From contig OX597830.1 in assembly GCA_951406725.2 (NCBI GenBank), positions 47,368,001 through 47,432,000 on the forward strand: a stretch of DNA of 64,000 bases, in the 5' to 3' direction. Shown one piece after another: positions 50,510 through 63,738 of this stretch. The position numbers and the translations under genes are program-made. Under the pieces are notes generated by a model that ran no database searches, was not told where the DNA came from, and saw only the letters and a program-made list of their open reading frames with translations. Each line of letters begins with the position of its first letter. Positions within the stretch are counted from its first letter, which is position 1. The DNA comes from Octopus vulgaris. Its lineage: Eukaryota.

Positions 50510-53500
50510 CATTAAACATGTAGCACTGTTACTAACAGACACTATGTCAGCGGATAAACATGGAACATGTTACTGACAGGTTCCATGTCAGACAAATGTG
50601 CAGTATAGTTACTAATGGAAACTGTCACAAGATAAACGTTTAAAGACAATGCATTATTATTATTATTGGTAGTGAATAAGGCAGTGAGTGAGGCATTTTT
50701 TCCGTCTTTATATTCTGAGCTTAAATTCTGTCAAGGTTGACTTTGCCATTCACTGTTCTGAGGTCAGTGTGCATTGGACTCAATGCAATCAACTAATTCC
50801 CTTCCACCAAATTTCAGCCTTTTGTCTGTAGCAGAAAGGGTTATTGGTGCTGGAAGAATCGTTACTTTCAGAGTTCAAATCCCATCAAGGTTAAGTCTAG
50901 CATTTGTCTCTCCAGGGTCAATATAATAAAAGATCAGTCAAATACCTGGTGTTGACCTAATCAATTGGCCCCCTCCACTCAAAACTCCTGGCCTTCTGCC
51001 TAAATTAAAAAGCAGTGGAATGGTAGAATCATTTGAGTATTAGAGTCCAGCAATATTTCTTCCAGCTTTCTAATTTTTGAGTTCAAATCCCACCAAAATC
51101 AACTTTGCCTTTTACCTTTTGGGGGACAAGTGATGAGGTGGGGCCCAGCTCATGGTTGTAAGGTTGTGAGTTTGACTCCCTTGAGCAAGACACTTTATTT
51201 TGCAATGCTCCAGCCCACTCAGCAAGCAGAAATGAGTGGCGCCTGTAAATTCAAAGGGTGGCCTTGTCACATTCTGTGTCGGGTTGAATCTCACTGAGAA
51301 CTATGTTTAAGGGTCTATGGAGCACTCAACCACTTGCAGGTTTAATTTCACAAGCAGGCTGTTCCGTTAATCAAATCAATTAGAACATTCATTATTGTAA
51401 CTAACAGAGAGCCCTGGTCAGGCCATTTGGGGACAATAAAAGAAATACCAGTTCAGCATGGGGTGGGGGTCGATGTAATCGGCTTACCCCTCCCCTTATA
51501 AACTGCAGAGCTTGTGTTAAGATTAGGAAGAATTATCATTATTATCATTATTTGCATTATTATGTCACCTAAAACTATGTCTCTGATATATCACCACATT
51601 TCTGGCAGAAATGTCTGTCAATGCCCTCCAAGAATTCTTTGTCACGCTTCACAGAGTAAAAATTAAGTGTTTACTTCCAGGATATGAAAGAAAAAAAGAA
51701 CAAACAGAAAATAGAAATGGGCAAGTGTCATTCCATTCATGCAAAGTAGTAACTTGTGGAAGTATATTTACGGCCAAACTGTTGTGAAGAACAACAACTA
51801 AAAGACAGAGCAGCCAAAAAGTGTGTTTACAGTAAAGGTTTAAATTGTCGACATTAAAATTATGTTTATCTCCAATGGTAACAGTTCGAGTGCAGTGGAC
51901 ATTTGGCATTAGGAGGAAGAAAGGAGGAATTTGGTGGATAACTGGTGAAATAGCTGCTGCCATAATGCACACAGTGCACCCAACACCTGCAGACACCAAA
52001 TGAATGGGTTAACCTAATGATGATGATGATGATGATGATGATGATTAGCCTCCTTCAGGCTCTCCCTGACTGAGCTGATCTGATCTGTGGTCAAAGACCT
52101 TTTAGTCCAGTTGTCTCCCCACACATCTTTTTCTCAGATATAGAATATCTATGAATTACATTATCTTTAACAAGATAGCATTAGGGTGTGATTTAGAGGA
52201 AATGTGGCTGGTATTTCTAGCAGAATGAGTGGCTACATATTCATGAAAACCCTATATTTTTCTCCAGTCATTCCCAGATCATGCAGTCAGAGTCAGACTA
52301 TGCTTCAATGATGAGGTCTAACTAGACCGGAACATGTCCAGAGTTGTCCTCAAATTGTTATACATCAAACTATCTACTGCATTCTATTTTTAAATAAAAT
52401 TTAAGACTATATTTTTAAATTAAAATTTTTTTTTTTAATTCTCCAATCATTTTTATTTTTATCTTTTTTTTTACCAGAGTTAGTCAGATAATGGTTGGCT
52501 GTCATCACTAAAGATGCAATTTTAATTAATTAAAATTTCTTGGCTGCTGATGACATCAAGTATGCTAGCACCCACTTTACTAATTAGAATAACTTTATGT
52601 ACAAGATCCGTTTTCATTTCTCCGTTGGTCAGACAAGCCAAGTGGCATCCACCAATGACACAGACATTCCCTGGTGAGTTTGTATGTGAATGTTGTAACT
52701 TAGCCCTAGGTCAGTCCAGATCAAACAGACCCATGTTCAAAAGCATTCCAGCCATGCCCTCTCTGCTATCCTACCTCATCACTCTAAGCCAAATTTCCCT
52801 AAATTCCATTACCATCATCACATTATTTATACAATCTTAAAAGAGGTAGATATCGTTGGTGCTTTGGGGAAAACATTGGTAGAAGAGTGAGTGCCAAAAG
52901 ATTGCAGTTATAGGTAAAACTACTCTTGGAGGTGTGATTAAACTTTGGAGAACCACCATCATCATCATCTGCATATTCCAAGCATTAAATATTCAAATCT
53001 TCTGCAAACATTTCTTTGAATTTCTCCAAGAGATTTAGTTTTTTTATTCCATCAGTTCAACAAATTGGAGTAGGTACAAAGTTTTTCTCTATGAATTAAC
53101 TGCAACACGAACAGTATTCTACCAATGTTTAATGGTAGAGAAACCCATCATTAAGCATTAACCTTATGTATTACAGTGTGTTCTTGAAAGGAATGGTTGG
53201 AGTCACAGACTGAAATGTCCCTTATGCCATGTAAAAAGCACCTGTATCAGTGCCACGTAAAAGTACCGGTGTTGGTGACCCCTAAAAAGCAATCAATACA
53301 CTCTGTAAAGTGCTTGTTGTTTGGCAGGGCATCCACTCATAGAATCCATGGCAAAACAGACAAATGGAGCTAAGGGCAGCTCTCCGGCTTGCCAGCGCCA
53401 GTCAAACCATCCGACCCATGCCAGCATGGAAAACTGATGTTAAATGATGATGATGAACTTGAATAAAAGTGATTTCTGATAAAGAAAACGAAGTTTCAAA

Positions 53501-54045
53501 ATTGGGAGTTGATTAAATCAACCTCAGCATTCAATAGTTGGCTGTCAGTCACTTGGAAGCAAAGCAGACAATAAACACTTGAACAATATCATCTAACATT
53601 ATTTGTGTGTGTGTGTGTGTGTGTAGATGAATGTTGATATTCTACACTTGTCACTACAAAAGAGGAATGGTAATGATGCATTATGAGCAAGCTGCTCTGT
53701 ATCTTCAAAAGATTTCTAGGTTGAAAAAAATCCTTTACTTGAAGACTGGGTACGGCTTACTGATGGAGCATCGTCCAGTTGTGAAATCCTGCCATCTTAT
53801 CCATGCTGACATGGAAAATGGCTACAAAATGGACAAATAAATTAACGCATACATACATGAAAATATATATAATACACACATACACATGCATAAACACACA
53901 CACGCACACAGCTTGCTAGCAACTTTTTTCTGTCTTATTATAAGAGTGAATAATCTTTCTCTGCTGTTTTTCACAGCTATATGCCATTCAAAGTTTACTC
54001 TTTTGTCTGTAAAATACCAACATGTTTGACACTTCCAGAACATAT

Positions 54046-54092
<47 letters not shown>

Positions 54093-54499
54093 TGTATAAA
54101 TATTTATGCACATACATACACATGTATCCATCCATCCATCCGTACATACATTTCATAGTTGTTACTCTCGAGTGATGCCAACTGTGAAGGATTAAATATA
54201 TCAGCAATAATATTCAGTTGGAAACGAGATGGTGGTGGTGGTCGTGGCGGCAGCTGCAGTCCATTTGCAGGGTATCAACAGTAACTAATAGAGAGGCTTG
54301 GAATGGATTAACCGAAATGTGATTGTTTTATAGCAGCTTAGAAAAGTCTCTTTATTTCAAGAGTCTAAAATGATCCAACAATGGTGAAATTCTTTGAAAA
54401 AGATAAAAAAGAAGTTATGTTTGAGAAAATAAGAAACAGAAAGGAAGAATAAACAAATGGAGGAGTGTTGATGAATTCAAATTTGAAATTTATAAAACA

Positions 54500-54894
54500 C
54501 TAGCAGTATCGCCCGGCGTTGCTCAGGCTTGTAAGGGAAATAACTATATAAGCATTTTTAGAGAGTTATAGCCAAAAAATAGCAAAAAATGCATTAAAAA
54601 TGGGGAAAAAATGATGGTAAATTTTTTTTAAATCGTTGACTCATCATAGACATTTTTAGAGAGTTACTTCCCTTATATAATAGCGAAAAAATGCTTTAAA
54701 ATGGAAAAAAATGATGGTAAATTTTTTTAAATCGTAGACTCATCGTAGACGTGCGCTAATTACCCAGAAGGGCTCGATATGAATCACGACTATAAGATAC
54801 CCGGTTTTGGTTAAACTGCACCGCAAACTGTGGGAGTAGTTAGGAATCTAAATCGTAGGAGACAGACACACAACCTCTCTTTTATATATAAAGA
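54500..54894 (-). mobile_element. Non-autonomous Helitron
   Basis: Minus strand: A|TCTTTATATATAAAAG ... GCCTGAGC-AAC-GCCGGGC hairpin, GATACTG-CTAG|T. That is 5' TC, 3' CTAG, subterminal hairpin, insertion between A and T, no TSD. Internal ~100-bp duplication. Confidence 0.9.
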
Positions 54895-54913
54895 TTAACT
54901 ATTTTTACCTACC

Positions 54914-55506
54914 TATTTCTTTACTACCCACAAGGGGCTAAACACAGAGGGAACAAACAAGGACAGACAAACAGATTAAGTCGATTATATCGACCCCAGT
55001 GTGTAACTGGTACTTAATTTATTGACCCTGAAAGGATGAAAGGCAAAGTCGACCTCGGCAGAATTTGAACTCAGAACATAACGGTAGATGAAATACCTAT
55101 TTCTTTATTACCCACAAGGGGCTAAACACAGAGGGGACAAACAAGGACAAACATAGGTATTAAGTCGATTACATTGACCCCAGTGCGTAACTGGTACTTA
55201 ATTTATCGACCCCGAAAGGATGAAAGGCAAAGTCGACCTCGGCAGAATTTGAACTCAGAACGTAACGGTAGATGAAATACCTATTTCTTTATTACCCACA
55301 AGGGGCTAAACACAGAGGGGACAAACAAGGACAGACATAGGTATTAAGTCGATTACATTGACCCCAGTGCGTAACTGGTACTTAATTTATCGACCCCGAA
55401 AGGATGACAGGCAAAGTCGACCTGACCTCGACTCAGAACGTAACGGTAGATGAAATACCACCAAGCATTTCGCCCAGCATGCTAACGTTTCTGCCAGCTC
55501 GCCGCC
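54914..55506 (-). mobile_element. Meta-core SINE trimer (one head, three ~183-bp body/tail units) with 17-bp TSD
   Basis: AACTATTTTTACCTACC at 54897-54913 and 55510-55526. Units join at AAAGAAATAGGTATTTCATC. Confidence 0.92.
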
Positions 55507-56364
55507 TTGAACTATTTTTACCTACCAACACCAATTGGATGTCAAAATTGCAAACAAAGAAATGTGGAAAATTGTGGATTCTTAATTAGGCTTAGTTGTA
55601 AATAAATATGGTAATAAATGAAACAAATGACAAGTGTAGAGGCCCAATGTAGGTTGGTCACTTATATAAAACTACTAATTGACAACATTTATTGCTACTA
55701 ATTTCCCCTCTGTTATGATACAAGACATCTTGCCTCAATTTACTCGTTGGTCCTGCTTGATTACAATGTTATGTAGACTTTGTGTTTCTGTTCAGGCTTT
55801 CTCTTTCTTTCTTTCTTTCTTTTTTTTTTCCTCTCTTTTTCTTTCACTAAGTAGCTATTTAACAGAGTATGATAATAGCTATTATTATTTCAGCTTGGGC
55901 AATGAGAATGGTGTAGACATATGACTGAAATAATAGAGGACAAGCAGGGAAGGAGAGGGGTAAGTAAATACTGCCAGTTTGTACAAGTCAAATTTGTCCC
56001 TCTTGGTTCCAAGTTCCAATCCTGTCTTAAACCAGTCTTATCTTTTAACACTCCATGAACACAAGATTGTCCATTTTGGCTACTTTTTCCATTTTTTAAA
56101 TTTTGGCCAGTCTTGTAGCAGCCAAATCAAAAAAAATCATTGGGTGACAGAAATTAAATGTTTCACATTATTGAGATCCAATGTTTATAAGAAACTTTGA
56201 TTGGAATCCACCCCATTTGGGAGTGACTTCTTGGGGGTGACTTTCTTCTTTTGTCCTTCTAGAAGATGGAGGGGGAGAGTACCAATAAATTAAGAACTAA
56301 TTGATCTTACCATTCTACTCCTTACAGAAAATGGTATTATTCAGCACAACAGAGGTTGCTGTGT

Positions 56365-56560
56365 TTTTAGCCCCATGTCAACCCTGATTGAGATGACCTA
56401 TGCTCAAAGGTATTCCGTTCATGACCATCCCATCAATTTTGTTTTTGTCCAGACACTGTCTCTTCGACCTCATTATACAATGTCTCCTTCCCATTTTTTA
56501 AAGCTTGTTGGGTATATGCGATGGATTGGCTGCTGTTTCTAGTAGCTCAAGTAACCATCT
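56365..56560 (+). repeat. Abundant old ~200-bp interspersed repeat (>12 decayed copies, e.g. 7560-7750, 18650-18880, 26180-26600, 27960-28320, 36860-37240, 43060-43260, 46550-46830, 52050-52230)
   Basis: Shared blocks AGCCCCAGGTCA.CCCTGAT.GAGCAGACCTATGATCAAAG..ATTCC...CATGACCATC and GATTTGGCTGCT.TTTCTAGCAG. Class not determined. Confidence 0.7.
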
Positions 56561-56679
56561 TATAGCCTCCTCAATGGCTCCTTGCAGTAAAATAATGAAG
56601 TGCTAAGACTAAGAACATACTGAGAAAATGTTTAAAACACATGGAGTTTTACTAGGGAATGAAACTTCGAAGGTATACC

Positions 56680-56909
56680 TATTTCTTTATTACCCACTAG
56701 GGGCTAAACACAGAGGGGACAAACAAGGACAGACATAGGTATTAAGTCGATTACATCGACCCCAGTGCGTAACTGGTACTTAATTTATCGACCCCGAAAG
56801 GATGAAAGGCAAAGTCGACCTCGGCGGAATTTGAACTCACAACGTAACGCAGACGAAATACCGCTAAGCATTTCACCCCGCGTGCTAACGTTTCTGCCAG
56901 CTCGCCGCC
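56680..56909 (-). mobile_element. Full-length young Meta-core SINE with 14-15 bp TSD
   Basis: (C)TTCGAAGGTATACC at 56665-56679 and 56909-56923. 5' end GGCGGCGAGCTGGCAGAAACG. Confidence 0.95.
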
Positions 56910-57822
56910 TTCGAAGGTATACCATCAACACTGGTTGTCAAGTGGTGGTGGGTCACACAGACATAAACACACACACACACACAATGGGCTTCTTTTTGAT
57001 TCCATCTATGAAATCCATTCTCAAAGCTTTGGTCTGTCCGAGGCTACAGTAGAAGATGTGTCATGCAGTGGAACTGAACTTGGAACTCTGCAGCTGGGAA
57101 GCAAGCTTCTTACCACAGAGCCACACCTGTGCCAGAGTATGATGTAAACTTGGATGGTTCAATGAATAGGGTGGGTGGGTGGGTGGATAAATAAGAAGAT
57201 GGCTGGTGAATGTTTTGGTTCTGAGGTCAGTGACATGCAGAGGAAGAAAAAAAAGAAAAAATCATTCAGCTTGAGTGTTTCGTTTTTAAAGTCTGAATGG
57301 TTTCTGTGGAAGGAAATGGGAGGGGGGGGGAGAAGGAGAGATAAAAAGAAAAATAAACAAAGACAAATAAATAAAACAAAATAAGAAGAAAGAAACAAAA
57401 AAGACAAGTAAAACATTTATAAATAAGGAAAAAGATGAGTAAATAAAATAAAATAAAATAAAAAGGAAACAAAAGAGGTGAAATGAAAACAGTTTTGCAA
57501 AGAAGAAAGAGGAAATGTAGATTATTTGAAATATTTTTAATCTACTGCATCCAGGGAATCCATTAAGGAAGGGAGGGGAGGGGGAGAGAAAAAGAAGAAA
57601 AAGAGAGGGGGAGGGAAACACAGATTTAGGCTTTATCTCTAAAGTAAATGTAAGCTAAGAGAAAACCAGGACGACGTTGTAGGTTCAATTCCTGGTTGAG
57701 TCATTGGATTTCTTTCACTCTTTATAAAACTGACTTGCAGCCTTCATCAAGAGAGGTAGACAGGTGTAGGCAATGACATGGCAATGACACTCTCCTCAAA
57801 GACGGGCGAAATGTGTCTTTGA

Positions 57823-58026
57823 GGACGCCGGGCGAAATGTGTACCCGTATTTCGTCTGCTGTTACATTCTGAGTTCAAATTCCGCCAAGGTCGACTTTGC
57901 CTTTCATCCTTTCAGGGCCAATAAATTAAGTACCAGTTACGCACTGGGGTCGATGTAATCGGCTTAATCCGTTTGTCCTTGTTTGTCCCCTCTATGTTTA
58001 GCCCCTTGTGGGTAGTAAAGAAATAG
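57823..58026 (+). mobile_element. Meta-core SINE, slightly 5'-truncated
   Basis: Matches the reverse complement of the 56680 copy. Ends GTAAAGAAATA followed by GGTAT. Confidence 0.88.
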
Positions 58027-58156
58027 GTATTTGGTGATACAACCAGCAAAGATTAGGTTAACCAATGCTGTGCTCTGTGTGTGTGTGTGTGCAGCCATCG
58101 TTATAATGCACAAACATATCTGTGTGCTTAAAAAGTTTGTTTCCTAACCAAATGGT

Positions 58157-58470
58157 GCCTTAGTAAATTACTATTTTTAAATCTCACAACAAGAGATATT
58201 CAGCAACAGTACTTTGGAGTAAAGATTATTTGCCAATGTAACATGGCACTCCTGGTTTAGGACGAATGTTGCTGTAATTTAGCCCCAGGAAACATCGTCT
58301 CCAGCTGGCTATAAGACACGATCTGTGTCCTTATTTTTCAAACAAGGGAATATAAGGACACAGATCATGTCGTATAGCCAGCTGGAGACGATGTTTCCCG
58401 GGGCTAAATTACAGCAACATTTGTCCTAAACCAGGAGTGCCATGTTACATTGGCAAACAATCTTTACTCC
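58157..58470. mobile_element. Fold-back hairpin element, copy 4 (longest arms), inserted into a SINE A head
   Basis: Arms 58216-58335 / 58351-58470 are nearly perfectly complementary. (CC)AAATGGT at 58148-58156 and 58469-58477. Confidence 0.92.
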
Positions 58471-61400
58471 AAATGGTTCTTTTCCCAATCCTTCTACATG
58501 GGAGACAGAAACTGAAAGAAGCCCATCATGTGTGTGTGCATGTGTACAATGGACTTCCACAGTTTCTGTCGACTAAATCCATTCCTGAGGCATCATCAGT
58601 TTGCCTGAGGCTATAGTAGAAATCAGTTTCCCTAGGGCTGCACACTGGGGATGAACCCAAAAGCAGTTGGTTGCAAAGTGAGCTCCTTAACTGCACAGCC
58701 ATGTTTGTGCCTAGAGAAAACCAACCCTCTAAAACTGGGGCCTTCACAACTACATAAGTTCAAATGGTGAAAAATGACAACGCATAACAGGTTTTTTATG
58801 GACATGAGTGGCACTCTACCAATCTCGCACAAACCATTAATAACCCTTTCGACTAGAGGCACAAGAGCTGAAATTTGGGGGGAGTGAGGTAGCCAATTAC
58901 ATCGACCCCAAAACGAAAGGATGAAAGGTGAAGTCGACCTCAGTGAAATTTGAACCCAGAACAAATCCGGGAGAATTGTCTTGAAGCATTTCGTCTGGAA
59001 TGCTAACAATTCTGCCAGCTTGCTACCTTAATAACAATAATAATTAGTAACCCAAAATTAGAAATGATAATACAATCAAATATACACACACACACACACA
59101 CACATAACACCCAATCAAGTATACACGGATACACATAACACAACCTCCTGCATTCTTTGGTTTTGGTACCTTAGAGGTAAGGTCACATGACTTGGAAACA
59201 TCAATAAAATGGGCTGCGATAAATGTTAATTCAATGTAGAGAAGAAGAAGGCAAAGAAGGAGGAGGAGAAGAAGGAGGAAGAGAAGAGGAGGAGAAGAAG
59301 GAGGAAGAGAAGAGGAGGAGAAGAAGAAGAAGAAGAAGAACAACAACAACAACTCTTAGGAAGATTAAAGAAATCAGTAAGGAATTGGAAAAAACTAAAA
59401 ATAATTTCAAAACAAACAGAACAAAATTCGGTTTTTCAATAAAAGATGTTTGATAATAGAGAAAAAGGTTTTGGCTCACAGACACACAGCTTTGAGAGAG
59501 AGGGGGGGAAAGAGAAAGAGAGGGAGGAGTGATAGCAAAACCATAATGACTTCTTAAGAAATAAATGTAAGACAGCCTAATATCAAATGGAACATCACTT
59601 TGGCAAACAATAAAGGTCACAACTACATATAATGGATATTGTCCGGCACCTAACTGAGTTACTACCATGTGTGTGTGTGTGTGTGTGTGTGTGTCTATAC
59701 GTCCGGGTGGCTGGTGGTGAAGGTTTATTTTTGATTTTTCCATCTTCGTTTTATTTAATTTATTTATATTTTTTTAATCTTCTAATTCATTCTCCAAATT
59801 CGCCCCCCGCCCCACCTTTTAACTAAAATATCTCAGCTGACTTCCTCAAGATCTATCATACAGTTACTTTAATGATTCTTCATCTGACAGATGCTTGAAG
59901 CCACAGAAGATATTTAAGAGAGAGAGAGAAAGAGAGAAAGAGAGAAGAACTGAAGGAAATGGTAGGATTGCAAAGTTTATTCTTTCGGGCCCCCACCCTC
60001 CATCTCACCCCACCCAATACTTCTGCCACTCAAAAACAAAATTTCAACATAAATCCGCTCAGTTTGTGATATACTTCTTACTGTTCCAGTATCAGTTACC
60101 TCATGTATGCACAAAACCAATTTCACGCCTCAATGTTTGGCCAACTACCCCCTTATCTACTTCAGGGCCACTCAATCAGAGCTGACCTACATGTCAACAA
60201 AACAAATTTCTTTGAAGGAATAAGTTCAGCTGATTAATTCAAACCCAGGAGATTCCTGGCATTTGTTTCATTGATTCTATCAAAATAAAAGTCAGGATCA
60301 ACTTTGGAGGAATTTCAGAACCCTTAAAGGCATTTGGTCCATTAAGGTATAATGTTTACTGTTAAATAACCAGCCTTACAACTAACAATTAAATAGGAAG
60401 CCACAGATTTTTAGAAAAGGAGGAAATAAAATATTTGATGCTCAGCTTTTGTTCCAAGAACTTGACAGAATAACAACTTGGGATGAATTTGTGGATTTGT
60501 TAAGGCATCAGACAAGGTGCCATGTTGTATTTATTCAGACTTCTTACATTCTGGGTCCTCCCAGGTCAACTGCACCATTCATTCTTCTAGGGCCCAAAAA
60601 TAAAGTACCAGTCTAGAATGGTGAAGGGATGGAATCATTTAACCCTTTAGCGTTCAGATTAATCTGCCAAATAAAATGGTTATGCATTCACATTGTTTTG
60701 AATTAATCCTGCATTATTTCATAGCTTTGGGATTATTGTTTATATTTAGAATTACATTGTAGGGTAGGTATGAGAGGCGAAATCTGGCTAGTTTGAACAT
60801 AAGATAGGTAGAATATTTGGGCCAGATATGGCCGGTTTAATTGCTAATGAGTTAAATCACCTGGATTAACAACACCACTTGGTCTTTGGATGTTTTTAGC
60901 AGAATCCACTCAATTGTAAGAATTTGAAGTAGGTCTCCAGTTTGAAGAGACCTTCCCCGCTCCTGCCTGTTTTAGAGACCTTAATAGGGGTCAGGAGAAC
61001 TGTCCATTTGCCTGACTAAATTATAAAAACAAAAAACAAACAAACAAAAATAATGATTGAAGTGAACAGAAGAAACTGAAATCTGTTCAGATTCAGTTTA
61101 TTTATTTGTTTTGGTTTATGTTTGTATTATTATTAGTTTGTTTGTTTGTTGTTGTCAACAATGATCAACACCATCACATGGAAAAAGAAGACAGCACACA
61201 GTGTGTCCAACCGTGGCCAATCAGTCTGATGCCTATGCAGAAGGCTCTGTTGCAGATCAGGCACTGAAGGCAATGCATTTGAAGGCTATAGACTTGCATT
61301 GTTTTGGATTCTCTTTGTGCCCCTGCAATCCGGTTCTGTTTGTATGTCTATGCAGTTTATGACCAAACACCATTGTTGGTGACAGGTTTTCCAGTGAGTC

Positions 61401-63036
61401 TGTCAATGGTTCACTGCATTCACAATGTTGAGCATAACAAGGAATCACCAATACAATTCAGGCATAATGATTACAGGGGATTTCTAAAAAGATCTGTTTT
61501 GTCACATTTTCCCACTGTCTTTCACTAAAAGACAGAAGACACAATTGTTTATCTTACCAAATTCCACTAATTGATCACTTCACTCAAAGCTGTGATAGAA
61601 GCTTACCTAAGGTGCCATACAATGGAATTGAACCTGGATCATCATCCTCTTTTAACATCTGTTTTCCACACAGGTATGGGCTGGACGTTTGGACCAGAAC
61701 TGACCAGCGCTGAAGGTTCCAGTCTGATTTGCCTTGGTTTCTATGGTTACATGCCCTTCCTAACACCAACCACTTTACAAAGTGCTCCACTGGGTGCTTT
61801 CAACATGACACCAGCATGAGCATTTTCACGTGGCACTGGCACAGGACTCTTGCAAGCCAATCCTCTCCACCAGGGGGATGCAGCCTTCACACTTCTACTG
61901 TGAAGGACAGGTCTTCTTGAGCAGAGCAAAGCACCAGGCATCTCGGCCTTTTGTCATCCGATAAGTTCGGTGTTCCGGGGTCGTCTTTCATTGGGAAGAG
62001 AAATTCCCAACCACACAAATTAAACTCTTGCTGAAAACTTACTTTTTGTTTACCTTAATGTTTGCATGGAAAAATGCATAAAACTATAAACACCTCCTGG
62101 GCTGAAAGTGTTGCTCAAAGAATGAGTGGAAGTTATCGGTTCTTCACATCCAGTGGACAACACAGAGAAATCTCTGAACAGGAGGTCCTTTTTTTTTTCT
62201 TCTGAACAGATTACATCACCGCGTTAATTGCTGACTACACTTGACTGTGAAATGAATTGAGATACTGCTCTGATCAAGGAACTGCATAAATTAAAACTGC
62301 CTCAGATAAAAGGGTCCCAGTTAAAAGTGTGCCTCACTAAAAAGTTATTTGGTAAAAAGTACATGATTTAGAAATACCTCAGTTGAGAGTATCCTAGCTG
62401 AGACTGAAAGTTGAGAGGCACCCAACTGTGATTCACCTGACTGAGAGTCACCTGATTGAGGTGTTATCAGGTAGTAAGGAAGGGCACCACACCTCAATAT
62501 GTCACTGACAGTAATTTCATCAGACCCGGACAGATAATAAAATAAAAATAAATAACTCCAAAAGAATGCAATAATAAATCACTTATTGTAAAAATAACTT
62601 GACCCAATCACCACTGACATTGCCAAAATTCACAAACACCGTAAATAATGATTTGGCCCACATTTTTGTCTGATGGCTTAGAAGTGGAAGGCAACCTTTT
62701 CACCCTTTTCACAGGGTCTGGCAGGAAGTAAAGAGGAAATGACTCTCAGACCAAAGACCTGGTCCAAATGTTTGCCATGGAATGGACTCTGTTAAAGGCA
62801 TATGCGGATCAACATACGGAACTGTGCATCAGATCAACCCATTAATGCTCAGCGTATGATTTATCATACACCTTTTCTTTCAGACGAAAATATTCATATA
62901 AAATAACTTAATAAATTTAGGCCTCAAAAAGATAACGAATAATAATTCATCAAGCAATATTTGGCACCAAAGCCATACTTTGAACATTTATACATTGTGC
63001 TAGAGCCGTGTAAATCATTTTTTATTTCAGTCCCAC

Positions 63037-63295
63037 CTTGGGCCGACCAAAGTCTTGTGAGAGAAATTTGGTAGATGAAAACTGAAAGAAGCCCATCAGA
63101 TATGTGTGTGTGTATTTGTGTATTTGATAACCGGTGTTGATGTGTTTATGTCCCCAAAACTTAACAGTTCAGCAAAAGTGACTGACAGAATAAGTACCAG
63201 GCTTAAAAGAAATGAATATTAGGTTTGATTTATTTGACTAAAAATTCAGGGCACTGCCCCAGCATGGCCACTGTCAAATGACTGAAACATGATTT

Positions 63296-63326
<31 letters not shown>

Positions 63327-63738
63327 TCATGTTTCAGTCATTAGACTGTGGCCATGCTAGAGCAGTGCCTTTAGTTGAGCAAATTGACCCCAGGACTTAT
63401 TCTTTGTAAGCCTGGTACTTATTTCTATTGGTGTCATTTTGCTGAACTGTTAAGTTACAGGGACATAAACACACCAGCATCGGTTGTCAAGTGATGCTGG
63501 GGGACAAACACGAACACACATACATACTATCATCATCATCGCTTAACATCCGCTTTCCATGCTGGCATGGGTTTACATACGACGGGCTTCTTTCAGTTTC
63601 CGTCTACCAAATCCACTCACAAAGATTTGGTTGGCTCGAAGCTATAGTAGAAGACACTTGCCCAAGGTGCCACACAGTGGGACTGAACCCGGAACCATGT
63701 GGTTGGTAAGCAAGCTACTTACTACACAGCCAGCCCTA

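Noticed and set aside
59223-59743. E/R-rich and L/S-rich ORFs
   Set aside because: (GAA/GGA)n microsatellite.
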